Below are positions 48,267 to 58,342 of a stretch of DNA of 64,000 bases, piece by piece (the stretch's first letter is position 1; every line of letters starts with the position of its first letter). A model generated the notes under the pieces. That model ran no database searches and was not told the DNA's origin. It worked only from the letters and a program-made list of their open reading frames with translations. Source of the stretch: an uncultured Candidatus Saccharibacteria bacterium (GTDB lineage Bacteria > Patescibacteriota > Minisyncoccia > Phycocordibacterales > UBA12088); the NCBI GenBank assembly GCA_964562615.1, contig CAZLUD010000003.1, positions 2,885 to 66,884 on the forward strand. Reading direction: 5' to 3'. Made by a program: the position numbers and the translations under genes.

Positions 48267-48833
48267 ATGGAGTATTTAGAAGACAATAAAGAACTTTCAG
48301 ACCTACAGGTGTTGCGTGCTTCTATCGAGGCGCCTGAGATGTTTGTGTATGTAGTGAGGCGTTATGAAGATGCCTTCATGAGAAAGGCAAAGACGGTGCT
48401 TCGTAATGAAGACGACGCTCGGGATGTGGTGCAGGATACGTTTACTAAAATTTTTATTAACGCAGGAAAGTTTAAAGAAGAGGAGGGGGCATCATTTAGC
48501 TCATGGGCATATCGAATACTCATGAATACTGCATTTACTAAGTACCAAAAAAGTAAACGTGACCGTGCGCGATCGGCAGACCTAGAGCCTGAGGCATTTG
48601 AAGCGCTCCCAGATACGCAGATGAGGCAGTTTGAAAAACTTGAGGTGACCGATGCGGTTATGATCGCACTTGCCAAATTACCAGAGCATTTTGAAACGGT
48701 GCTTCGGTTATCGTATCTAGAAGGTTTGCCACACGAAGCAATAGCAAAGAGAGAGGGTATAAGTGTTGGGGCAATAAAGACACGAATGCACCGAGCAAAG
48801 CATGCCTTCAAAAAGGCAGTGGGGGAATGGTGA
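48267..48833 (+). CDS. RNA polymerase sigma factor, sigma-70 family (ECF-like, regions 2 and 4)
   Basis: Region 2 DVVQDTFTKIF...SWAYRILMN. Region 4 LRLSYLEGLPHEAIAKREGISVGAIKTRMHRAK. Confidence 0.75.
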   Translation: MEYLEDNKELSDLQVLRASIEAPEMFVYVVRRYEDAFMRKAKTVLRNEDDARDVVQDTFTKIFINAGKFKEEEGASFSSWAYRILMNTAFTKYQKSKRDRARSADLEPEAFEALPDTQMRQFEKLEVTDAVMIALAKLPEHFETVLRLSYLEGLPHEAIAKREGISVGAIKTRMHRAKHAFKKAVGEW

Positions 48834-48855
48834 TATTATCAGTTATATACTTGTT

Positions 48856-49182
48856 ATGAATTCAAGAATTGAAGTAACGGTGATGAGGAGAGTGAGAGTG
48901 CTATCTTTTGTACGGATGCTGGTTTCTTCTGCAGCGCTTCGCCTCTACCTACTTGTGGTGTTTTCAGCAGCACTTACCTCTATGGTGTCTATATCAAATA
49001 TCGCAAGCAATGTACCGAACATCTTTGAATATGAGCGGTTTCTTACCTATGTCGTCGTAGCATTTAGCCACACTGAACTTGCAGTGCAGATTATTATTGT
49101 TGCCGTTGCCCTCATTGGTACTATGGTGCTACGTGATGCGATGCGACCAATAAAGGCGTTTCAAAAAGTGCAGCGTGCCTAG
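48856..49182 (+). CDS. small membrane protein downstream of the sigma factor (candidate anti-sigma factor)
   Basis: Three hydrophobic helices. Its position after the sigma gene is the only functional clue. Confidence 0.3.
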   Translation: MNSRIEVTVMRRVRVLSFVRMLVSSAALRLYLLVVFSAALTSMVSISNIASNVPNIFEYERFLTYVVVAFSHTELAVQIIIVAVALIGTMVLRDAMRPIKAFQKVQRA

Positions 49183-50222
49183 TCTAGGTGTGTGCGTATC
49201 TCGCCAAGTATAGTTTGCGCCGTCTTTTGATTTTCTCTAAGGTAGGTTCTTGAGGCGTCATATCCTCTTCCAAGCTTCTCTTCTTTGTAAGAATAGGAAG
49301 ACCCTGACTTTTCGACAATGCCGTACTTCTCGCCGAGTGCAAGAATTTCTCCTTCGCGAGCGATGCCCTCGTTATACATAAGATCGAACTCTGTCTGTCT
49401 AAATGGTGCGGCGACTTTATTTTTAACAACCTTTACTCGGTGTCTTCCTCCCACTACCTCTTCTCCTTTTTTGATTTGGGCAATTCGACGGATATCAAGA
49501 CGAACTGAGGTGTAGAATTTAAGCGCCTTACCGCCTGGAGTGGTTTCTGGGTTACCAAACATAACCCCAATTTGCATTCTGATTTGATTGATGAAGATAA
49601 CCACCGCCTTTGATTTGTGAACAATAGCAGTAAGCTTGCGAAGTGCTTGGCTCATGAGGCGTGCCTGCTTACCAACATGGAAGGCACCCATATCTCCCTC
49701 AATTTCGTCTTTTGGTGTAAGAGCAGCAACAGAGTCAACCACGATGATATCAATAGAATTTGAACGAACGAGTGATTCGCATATTTCAAGGGCCTGTTCA
49801 CCAGTATCTGGTTGTGAGACAAGAAGCTGATCAGTGCGTACGCCTATTTTGGCTGCGTATTCAGGATCGAGAGCATGCTCTGCATCAATAAAAGCACAGA
49901 TGCCTCCTAGTTTTTGTGCCTCGGCAATTGCATGGAGTGATAGCGTGGTCTTTCCTGATGATTCAGGTCCGTATATTTCAATGATGCGTCCACGTGGGTA
50001 GCCACCGATACCAAGCGCCCAATCAAGTCCAATTGAACCTGATGGGATAGCATCAATATTAACTTTAGGAGTATCTCCAAGTTTCATTATTGATTCTTCT
50101 CCAAACTTTGATTTTACGGCTTTAAGCGCGTCCTCTAATTTTTTTGACACAAACGGCACGTCTCCGGTAGGGAGGTCTGCGGCTACTGACACCTTCTTAG
50201 TCTTCTTTTCTTTCTCTGCCAT
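49179..50222 (-). CDS. recA: recombinase RecA
   Basis: [42 protein letters not shown] is canonical. Confidence 0.95.
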   Translation of the reverse strand: MAEKEKKTKKVSVAADLPTGDVPFVSKKLEDALKAVKSKFGEESIMKLGDTPKVNIDAIPSGSIGLDWALGIGGYPRGRIIEIYGPESSGKTTLSLHAIAEAQKLGGICAFIDAEHALDPEYAAKIGVRTDQLLVSQPDTGEQALEICESLVRSNSIDIIVVDSVAALTPKDEIEGDMGAFHVGKQARLMSQALRKLTAIVHKSKAVVIFINQIRMQIGVMFGNPETTPGGKALKFYTSVRLDIRRIAQIKKGEEVVGGRHRVKVVKNKVAAPFRQTEFDLMYNEGIAREGEILALGEKYGIVEKSGSSYSYKEEKLGRGYDASRTYLRENQKTAQTILGEIRTHLD

Positions 50223-50223
50223 A

Positions 50224-50568
50224 TTATCGTAGGGTAAGTAATAATTGCTTTTGTACCGATCGGTCGTATTTATCTTTTGCCGTTACTTCAATTATATTAT
50301 AGCCGTACGAGAGCAACAATTGATCCGCAAAGTTGCCATCTGGACTTACAAATATCGGCCTATCATTAATTGAAATTTCAGATATCGAATGCGCATTGCC
50401 ACGTATGGTAACTAATGGGGATTCAACAACGCCCCCATGTACTGGTTCAAATAGTACTAGTGATGGTCCAAGTATGTATGATCGAAAGGCAAATACGCAG
50501 TAGCTAAGGAACATTCCTGCTACAAGCGAAATGAGTAGTAATTTTTGTCTGAAGGATAGAGCGATCAT
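50224..50568 (-). CDS. small membrane-anchored protein with an Ig-like beta domain, hypothetical
   Basis: TM at the N-terminus. It overlaps the ftsK start by 4 nt and the recA start by 1 nt, so it is probably co-transcribed with ftsK. Confidence 0.45.
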   Translation of the reverse strand: MIALSFRQKLLLISLVAGMFLSYCVFAFRSYILGPSLVLFEPVHGGVVESPLVTIRGNAHSISEISINDRPIFVSPDGNFADQLLLSYGYNIIEVTAKDKYDRSVQKQLLLTLR

Positions 50569-52823
50569 GATAGTTTAGGTGTATCCGTGTAGTCAGACCC
50601 TTCATCTGGGGAAGCGGCATCATCAGATAAGCCGTGGTGTATGACTTCTCTTGGCTTCGCTCCATCTTGCGGTCCTATAACACCTCGCTCTTCGAGCATA
50701 TCCATAAGGCGTGCCGCACGCGCATAGCCAATGCGGAGCTTGCGTTGCAGGTATGAGGTAGAAGCGCGCTTTGCCTCTATAACATATACCTTCGCCTCTT
50801 CATACAAGTCGTCATTATCATCATCGTTACCAATCGATGCGCTAAACGCCGCTCCAGAAACGTGGTCACTTGAAAGATCGATGCCCGCCTCAGGAACATA
50901 GTCATTATGCTTTTTAATGAATTGCACTATATTTTTTACTTCATTCTCAGATATATATGGCGCTTGAAGACGTACCGGCTTTGCCATTTCTGCAGAGAGG
51001 TAAAGGGTATCTCCGGCACCAAGGAGTTTTTCTGCACCCGCGCTGTCGAGGATAGTTCTTGAGTCGATTTGTGAGGCCACCTGGAGAGCGAGTCGTGTAG
51101 GGACGTTTGCTTTTATAAGACCAGTTATAACGTTAACAGAGGGGCGTTGCGTTGAGAGTAGTAGGTGAATACCAACCGCTCTCGACATTTGTGCGAGGCG
51201 TACAATTGACGCTTCAAGTTCTCGTGGGTATGAGCTCATGAGATCAGCAAGCTCATCAATGATAACGACAATGTAAGGCATTTGTTCTGGTAGGCGAGAC
51301 TCATCTTCTTCAGTGAGATCAGCCTTTTTTGCTCGCTCTGCATAGGCAGTAAGTGCAGGAGTAAGTATGTTTGTGTGGTACGAATGAATGTCGCGAACTT
51401 GTTCAGTTTCTAATACATCATAACGTCGCTCCATTTCTTTGGTTGCCCACTTTAGCGCGAGTATCGCCTTTTTTGGATCAGTGATAACAGGGGTAAGGAG
51501 GTGAGGTATGCCGTTATATGAGGTCAATTCTACCCGCTTTGGGTCAACGAGAATGAGTCGCAGCTTTTCAGGGCCGTTTCTGTAGAGGAGTGAGGTGATG
51601 ATGCCGTGTACAGAGACAGACTTACCCGCACCAGTAGCACCGGCAATAAGCGAGTGAGGCATTTTTGCGATATCGGCATAATACGGGGTGCCGGTAATAT
51701 TTCTACCTAGGGCAACAAGAAGAGATTTTGGACTTGTTACAAATTCATCAGCACCAAGAAGAGAGGCGAGTCCGAGGGTGGTCTTTGCGGTATTTGGTAC
51801 TTCTATACCCACAAGCGATTTTCCTGGAATTGGTGCCTCAATACGAATAGGGGATGCGGCGAGCGCGAGCTCGAGGTTGCTTTGTAAGGATACTATCTTA
51901 GATATACGGACTCCTTCTGCTGGTTTGAGCGCATACCTTGTGACGGTTGGGCCAATCGAGATTTCATCCATGTCGACAGTGATACCAAAGTTTTGGAGAG
52001 TTCTTTTTATGATATTTGCATTTGCTTTGATATCACCAACCCCTGGCTTTCCTCGGTCCTTCTCAAGAAGAGAAACAGGTGGAGGAGTGTATACGTTAAA
52101 TGATCTATCCGGAACAAAGGCAACGGCACCATCTGCTTTTTCACCAAAGCCCAAAAATTGTTTTACCTTATCTCCAGCGCTGGTTGCGTTCTTGTCTTCG
52201 TTATCTTTTTCTTGAGCCTCCTCAGGTTCAGCAACTACAGGTGGTTGAAGAGGGGCGGTAACTGCAACTGGTTCGTCCTCATCAGACTGATCTTGTTCAC
52301 GTGCTTCTTTAATTCGAGACCATAATTTTGCTGGAGCAAGAAGAAGGTGTGTCTCTAGTATTACAAGGAGTGAGATAAGCATAAGTGAACCAAGAAGGAG
52401 TACCGTTGCATAGACATCAACAAGTGCAACTAGTGGCCGAGCAATGTAAGTACCCGCGATACCACCGCTGCCTGCATGCATCATCTCTATCATTCCGAGG
52501 CTCGCAATAAAAAAAACAATAGAGCCTATAACTCGTAGTGGTCGCAGGTCTCGTCGGAGGCTAAATAGATACGATACAGATAAGGTAAACAACAGCGCCG
52601 GCATGATGTAGTATCCAATGCCAAACAGGTAGCTGAGCCCCTTGAATATATATGAGCCGAGCACCCCAGAGAGCTCGAATGCAGCGAGGGCAAGTAGTGT
52701 TGCGAGTACAAAAAATACTATCGCAAACAAAACGCGTACGGTCTCTTCCTCTAAGTCATGAAAATAAGAAGTACGCTCTATTTCTTGAGTAGGAGGATTT
52801 TTTTTCTTACGCGCCATAGTCAC
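50565..52823 (-). CDS. ftsK: DNA translocase FtsK/SpoIIIE
   Basis: 4 N-terminal TMs. Walker A is AGATGAGKSVS. The C-terminal gamma winged-helix is LYEEAKVYVIEAKRASTSYLQRKLRIGYARAARLMDMLEE. Confidence 0.9.
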   Translation of the reverse strand: MTMARKKKNPPTQEIERTSYFHDLEEETVRVLFAIVFFVLATLLALAAFELSGVLGSYIFKGLSYLFGIGYYIMPALLFTLSVSYLFSLRRDLRPLRVIGSIVFFIASLGMIEMMHAGSGGIAGTYIARPLVALVDVYATVLLLGSLMLISLLVILETHLLLAPAKLWSRIKEAREQDQSDEDEPVAVTAPLQPPVVAEPEEAQEKDNEDKNATSAGDKVKQFLGFGEKADGAVAFVPDRSFNVYTPPPVSLLEKDRGKPGVGDIKANANIIKRTLQNFGITVDMDEISIGPTVTRYALKPAEGVRISKIVSLQSNLELALAASPIRIEAPIPGKSLVGIEVPNTAKTTLGLASLLGADEFVTSPKSLLVALGRNITGTPYYADIAKMPHSLIAGATGAGKSVSVHGIITSLLYRNGPEKLRLILVDPKRVELTSYNGIPHLLTPVITDPKKAILALKWATKEMERRYDVLETEQVRDIHSYHTNILTPALTAYAERAKKADLTEEDESRLPEQMPYIVVIIDELADLMSSYPRELEASIVRLAQMSRAVGIHLLLSTQRPSVNVITGLIKANVPTRLALQVASQIDSRTILDSAGAEKLLGAGDTLYLSAEMAKPVRLQAPYISENEVKNIVQFIKKHNDYVPEAGIDLSSDHVSGAAFSASIGNDDDNDDLYEEAKVYVIEAKRASTSYLQRKLRIGYARAARLMDMLEERGVIGPQDGAKPREVIHHGLSDDAASPDEGSDYTDTPKLS

Positions 52824-52981
52824 CTAATCATACCAAATACTTTTATATTGAGCTATTTATTGGCACATCGGTATACCACGCAACACTTCTTTCTTTTGGA
52901 CAATTGTAAAAAAGACAAAGCACCCTATAATCACTGCAACTGACGTCTTATTAACCACCCGTGGCAGAATAAAGGACAAAA

Positions 52982-53758
52982 ATGATAAATAAAAGTCATG
53001 TCCAATACAATGGGACAAACCACCAAATCAATACAAAAAACAAGATATTTTTGTATGTCCTTAAAAAGGCTGAACGCCTTGTCGCTGCACTTGAAGTACT
53101 GACCATAACAATAGGACAAGAGAAAGAAGTCCTAAAGAGAATAAAGGACAAAGGATACACTGCTCTTGCCCTTATTGCAGAGCTGCCACTATGTGAAGAC
53201 CCACATCTACAGCGAGAGAAGATTGTATATTCGATACTACACTTAACCAGCCTCCTTTCTATTGCAAGGGATGCCAGAGTAATAACCCAGATGAATGCAG
53301 ACCTGCTTGTGCAGGAATATCAACTTCTTATTGCCACCATACAAGACGCGTCAGAGCGATTGGAAGGAGTGATTCTTGAACGTGACGCAATGTATGTTGA
53401 GCCGGTCGACATGCCTCTTAGAAATACTCAAAAGGACATCAAGATTTCCACACGAAGTACTCACACAAGCTCAGGGACATCTATAGGACCATTTTCACGC
53501 ATACGAGCTGAAAAGACACTTAGCGTATCAAGTGACACAGAAAAGAAAATCAAAAGCATTGAGGACAGAGTTGATATAAGAAAGAGAGCAATTATGGATA
53601 TTATCAAGCGAAAAGGAGTGGTATCTATAAAAGACATCTCTACTGAGATAAAAGACTTTAGCGAAAAGACCATACAACGAGAGCTGCTTGCGATGGTTGA
53701 ATCAGGTGTCCTTACAAAAGAAGGGGAGAGAAGGTGGAGTACCTATAAACTTGCGTAA
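52982..53758 (+). CDS. hypothetical protein with a C-terminal winged-helix DNA-binding domain
   Basis: The C-terminus DIIKRKGVVSIKDISTEIKDFSEKTIQRELLAMVESGVLTKEGERRWSTYKL is wHTH-like. An AAGGA RBS precedes the ATG. Confidence 0.5.
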   Translation: MINKSHVQYNGTNHQINTKNKIFLYVLKKAERLVAALEVLTITIGQEKEVLKRIKDKGYTALALIAELPLCEDPHLQREKIVYSILHLTSLLSIARDARVITQMNADLLVQEYQLLIATIQDASERLEGVILERDAMYVEPVDMPLRNTQKDIKISTRSTHTSSGTSIGPFSRIRAEKTLSVSSDTEKKIKSIEDRVDIRKRAIMDIIKRKGVVSIKDISTEIKDFSEKTIQRELLAMVESGVLTKEGERRWSTYKLA

Positions 53759-54654
53759 CCATATAGAGTGTTGCCTAATCAATCACTGCTGTATTGCTTG
53801 GTAATTATAAAGATATTCTCTCGTCTTCGTATGTAGAGGAGTATACCGCTTGTATGGATACTATAAGCCTCTTATTTATGGCAACAGCGCCACCGCTACG
53901 GCGGGGCTTACTGCTTTGACTTTGTTGCCTTTTTATGAGATTCTATGGTGTATGGATGCTCTTTAATGAGTGGGGATTTGCGAGGGATTTACTACTGTAT
54001 CGGGCACACAAAAGGTGATAAAAATCACCGTACTCGATTACGTATCATGCTGATGAAAATTAGTATGAAGTAGTACATACATTTCGCTATAATCTTCTGC
54101 TTATTACGTAGTTATCCACAAAGTATGTTTTGCCCGGATCTTTATAGAGGGCTATACTTTGCATACATTCCGAGTGCGACTTTAACAGTGTCTTTGTTTT
54201 TATAGATACAGGTGTTATTGGCACACACAAATCGGAATATCCTGTACCTCGACAACTGAATATCCTAAAAATTTTCCTGAAATGATTATTCTGCTCGCCA
54301 GCGGTGTATGTTCTTAATCGAACTATCTACCACTGGTATTGTCGCAATAACGGATGCACTCAGACCAAAGTATTGTTACCAACATTGTTGTGTGTGGGGG
54401 AGTCGATCATGCCCATGCCAATAATTGAATCGTTGGTAAGTTGTAGTTGGTGAACAATATGAACTCACTCATTTATATATTCTTATATATAAGAGAGTGT
54501 TTCAGATTGTTAACAAAGAAAAAAGTTATCGTTGGTCGAAATAACAACGTTGCTTTTTTCTACATTCATTTAGGTTCGTTGCTGACGTGGCATCATTACT
54601 CATTATTAATAGTAACTGCCGAAGGGGCGAACTGATTACAGAATTAAACATCCT

Positions 54655-57600
54655 ATGAAACTTACTATAGTTAGCTCAAAAATCGCTGCACTCGTCGTTG
54701 CTTTTGCAATGATCGCTGGCGTAGCTTTTGTTCTCGCAACACCGAAGGCAAAAGCTGTAACACTTTCTGAGCTTGTAGAACTCTTTATCGCGCTCGAGGT
54801 TATTCCTGCGGATAAGGCGGTACAAGCTCGAAGCGTTCTCTCTTCACAGGGAGGAAGCTCATCGACTGGTTCATCTTCTTCATCATCAGTATGTCCTTAC
54901 ACTTGGAATTCAAACCTCAAGGTAGGTTCAACTGGTACTGATGTAATGAAGCTCCAGAAGTTCCTCAATGATATGGGTATTACTGTATCAGCGAGCGGCG
55001 CTGGTTCTCCAGGAAACGAAACTTCAACCTACGGCCCAGCAACTGGTGCTGCAGTAAAGAAGTTCCAGGAGAAGTATGCGTCAGATATTCTTTCTCCGAT
55101 TGGTCTTACCAGCGGAACAACGAATTTCTTCGCATCTACTCGCGCTAAGGCTAACAGCCTCTGCACAACATCAACCGGTTCAACTGGTGGAACAACTTCT
55201 CCAGCTGGAACAGGTCTATCAGTAAGCTCGGCTTCACAACCTGCTAACGCTCTATTCGTAGAGAAGGCAGCACGTGTTCCATTCACACGCTTCACTGTAA
55301 CTGCAGGTTCTGATGGCGACGTTGTTATGAACAGCGTTACTGTTAAGAAAACCGGTCTTATCAACAAGTCAGCTTTCAACGGCGTAGTACTTCTTGATGA
55401 GAACGGCATGCAACTTGGATCATCAAAGACTCTTAACTCTAACCACGAGGCAATCGTAGGTGAGAAGGTCACTATCGCAAAGGGAACATCAAAGACGTTC
55501 ACCATTGCTGCTAATGCACCAACATCACTCGATGCATACGCTGGTGAAGTAGGAGGTCTTCAAGTTGTAGGTATTAACACTCCTGCGACTGTTTCTGGAA
55601 CTCTTCCAATCAACGGAGCAAACCACACTACTAACGCGACACTTGCAATCGGCACCGCAACACTTGATATTTCTTCATTTGACCCAAATACATCAAGGAC
55701 TAAGGAGGTAGGTACCACTGCGTACACTTTCTCTGGTATCCGAGTAACTGCAGGTTCAGCTGAAGATGTTCGCCTTAAGTCAGTACGATGGAACCAGACT
55801 GGTTCTGTTTCAGAGTCTGACCTAGCAAACGTTGTTACTGTAGTTGACGGTACTGCGTACCCAACCGTAGCGTCAGAGGGTGGTAAGTACTACACCTCTA
55901 CATTCGGTAGCGGTATCCTTATTCAGGAGGGATTCTCAGTAGATGTCTACGTTCGCGGCGACATCACTGGATCTAATGCAGCTGGACGCACCGTATTCTT
56001 CGATATCGACGAATCTAACGATGTGTTCATGACTGGTGAGACTTTCGGTTACGGTATAACACCAACCGCAGCTTCAACAGCTTCAGCAACAGATACAGCA
56101 TCTGAGTTCACTACTGGTACTCCATTCTTCGATGGTTCTAAAGTAACTGTTGAGGCTGGTTCAGTATCAACTATCTCAAAGTCATCAAAGGTACCTGCTC
56201 AGAACATTGCTATCAATGTTCCTGGTCAGCCACTTGGTGGATTTGATATCGATGTAAAGGGTGAAGCAGTCACTGTACAACAGATGATTGTTAACTTCGC
56301 TACATCATCAGGTACTAGCCGTGGTCTTATGACGAACATTACGCTCGTCGATGAAAACGGTGCAGTAGTAGCTGGTCCAGTTGATGCAACGTATGTTAGC
56401 GCATCAGTACAAAGGGCAACCTTCTCTGATACGGTTACCTTGCCTCTTGGCAAGCACACATACACGATAAAGGGTCGTGTTCCTTCTACCTTCGGTAATG
56501 GAACAACCGTTATCGCGTCAACCGATCCATCATCATGGACAAATGTTAAGGGTGAAGTGACTGGTGATACCATCACTCTCTCAAACACATCATTCACGAT
56601 GAACACAATGACAGTAAAGGCTGCGGCTCTTGCTGTTAGCGTGTCTGGTACTCCATCAGCACAAAACATTGTTTCTGGCGTACAAGGATTCACCTTCGCT
56701 AACTACCAACTTGATGCAACAGCATCTGGTGAAGACGTTCGATTCTCATCAATCGCGCTTTATTACGACGGTGGTGATAACGCAAAGGCAGGTGCTCCAA
56801 GTAATCTTACGAGCTGCCAGCTCTATGATGGAACAACCGCGCTTAACACTGGTTCTAACGTAGTTAACGTATCTGGTTCAGCAACGACATCAGCAGTAAC
56901 TTCAACGTTCACTCTTGATAACTCGTTTGTAGTTCCAAAGGGTACTGTTAAGACGCTTGCACTTAAGTGTAACCTTTCAGGTAGCGCGCACTCATCATCT
57001 GAGTACCAGTGGGGTATCAACACTCCATCTGCTGCATTGACTACAACTGGAGTAACATCTAGTCAGTCAGTAACTGAGACTGGTTCTGCTGCTAACGGAC
57101 AGGTTATGACAGTTGCAACTGCTTCTCTTACTATCACTAAGGACTCATCAAGTCCTGCGTATAGAATTGTTGCAGGTGGCGCTACTGACGTAACTCTTGG
57201 TGTTCTTCGACTTCGCGCTACAAATGAAGACCTTTCTCTTCAGGATATCGCGCTTCAGATCACTAGCCCAGCAGCATCAAGCTCTGCTAACAACCTAGTT
57301 GGTGGCAAAGTAATGGTATACAGTGGTTCAACTAAGGTAGGTGAGGGTGTATTTACTTCAAGCGCAACAACTACGCTTGTATCTCTTACATCTCCTCTTA
57401 ACCTAGCTAAGGACACTGATGTACAGCTCACTATTAAGGGCGACCTCCAGAATATCGGTTCTTCACAGTCTGGTACTCAAGGAGCTCACCTTAAGATTGA
57501 CTGGGATGGTGTTGGCCAAGCTGGTAACACTAAGGCAGTTGGTGTAACAGGTTCAGGTACTTCAGTTATCGTAACTGGTACTGACACTGCTACTGATGGA

Positions 57601-58209
57601 ATTCGAATCTTCCGATCGTTCCCAACGTTCGCTAAGATGGATGTTCCTTCAACAACACTTGTTAAGGGTACTGCTAATGAGCTTTACCGATTCTCAATAT
57701 CGGCTAATAACTCAGGATCAGGTATTAACCTCTACAAGCTTACTGTTAACGTAGCTACTTCAACAGCTACAACTACTAACCTAAAGGTATTCGCTTACAC
57801 CAACTCTGGATTCTCAGCACCGGTGGCAGGCTTTACTGATGGTCAGATAGTTGCAACTATCCCTGGTCTTGTATCTTCTGGCGATAACAACGCAGTACTT
57901 TCATCAGTACTCGAAATCCCAGCAGGTGCGACCTACTACTTCAAGGTGGTTGGTGACGTGAACGTTACCGCTTCGACTGGTACCAGCCAGGTATCAACTC
58001 GAATCAGCGGTGACTCTGATTATCACGGCGCTGCAACCTTGGTTGAAACCGCAGCTAACGTTGATGCTGACGCTGATGATGACTTTATCTGGTCACCAAA
58101 CGCGACAGGATCTTCAGCTGCTGGTACAGCAGACTGGACCAACGGTTACCAGGTTTCTGGTCTAACCTCAACTGGTTCTGATCTAGTAACTATCTCTAAG
58201 ACTAACTAG
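54655..58209 (+). CDS. very large secreted surface protein (1184 aa): signal anchor, PG_binding_1-like domain, then about 1000 aa of Ser/Thr/Gly/Val-rich beta-sandwich repeats; candidate S-layer or sheath protein
   Basis: The N-terminus MKLTIVSSKIAALVVAFAMIAGVAFVLATPKAKA is signal-like. The segment DVMKLQKFLNDMGI...AAVKKFQEKY is PG-binding-like. Codon bias is strong (ggt, tct, act, gtt, aac). A strong terminator follows. Confidence 0.7.
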   Translation: MKLTIVSSKIAALVVAFAMIAGVAFVLATPKAKAVTLSELVELFIALEVIPADKAVQARSVLSSQGGSSSTGSSSSSSVCPYTWNSNLKVGSTGTDVMKLQKFLNDMGITVSASGAGSPGNETSTYGPATGAAVKKFQEKYASDILSPIGLTSGTTNFFASTRAKANSLCTTSTGSTGGTTSPAGTGLSVSSASQPANALFVEKAARVPFTRFTVTAGSDGDVVMNSVTVKKTGLINKSAFNGVVLLDENGMQLGSSKTLNSNHEAIVGEKVTIAKGTSKTFTIAANAPTSLDAYAGEVGGLQVVGINTPATVSGTLPINGANHTTNATLAIGTATLDISSFDPNTSRTKEVGTTAYTFSGIRVTAGSAEDVRLKSVRWNQTGSVSESDLANVVTVVDGTAYPTVASEGGKYYTSTFGSGILIQEGFSVDVYVRGDITGSNAAGRTVFFDIDESNDVFMTGETFGYGITPTAASTASATDTASEFTTGTPFFDGSKVTVEAGSVSTISKSSKVPAQNIAINVPGQPLGGFDIDVKGEAVTVQQMIVNFATSSGTSRGLMTNITLVDENGAVVAGPVDATYVSASVQRATFSDTVTLPLGKHTYTIKGRVPSTFGNGTTVIASTDPSSWTNVKGEVTGDTITLSNTSFTMNTMTVKAAALAVSVSGTPSAQNIVSGVQGFTFANYQLDATASGEDVRFSSIALYYDGGDNAKAGAPSNLTSCQLYDGTTALNTGSNVVNVSGSATTSAVTSTFTLDNSFVVPKGTVKTLALKCNLSGSAHSSSEYQWGINTPSAALTTTGVTSSQSVTETGSAANGQVMTVATASLTITKDSSSPAYRIVAGGATDVTLGVLRLRATNEDLSLQDIALQITSPAASSSANNLVGGKVMVYSGSTKVGEGVFTSSATTTLVSLTSPLNLAKDTDVQLTIKGDLQNIGSSQSGTQGAHLKIDWDGVGQAGNTKAVGVTGSGTSVIVTGTDTATDGIRIFRSFPTFAKMDVPSTTLVKGTANELYRFSISANNSGSGINLYKLTVNVATSTATTTNLKVFAYTNSGFSAPVAGFTDGQIVATIPGLVSSGDNNAVLSSVLEIPAGATYYFKVVGDVNVTASTGTSQVSTRISGDSDYHGAATLVETAANVDADADDDFIWSPNATGSSAAGTADWTNGYQVSGLTSTGSDLVTISKTN

Positions 58210-58245
58210 TCTTATTGGTAGACCTGGATCAAAAGGTCAAACACA

Positions 58246-58278
58246 AAACCGCCCGAAAGGGCGGTTTTGTGTTTTTAC
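58246..58278 (+). terminator. strong rho-independent terminator
   Basis: AAAACCGCCCgaaaGGGCGGTTTTgtgttttt. Confidence 0.85.
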
Positions 58279-58342
58279 TACTTGAGCCTATTGCCATACA
58301 CGCCATACTTGTTACAATCGGCGTGTACTAACAATATTTTTT

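Noticed and set aside
51688-52215. 175-aa plus-strand ORF inside ftsK, and similar antisense ORFs inside the surface-protein gene (55029-55505, 56226-56693)
   Set aside because: They are embedded antisense to well-supported long genes and have no motifs. They are typical shadow ORFs.
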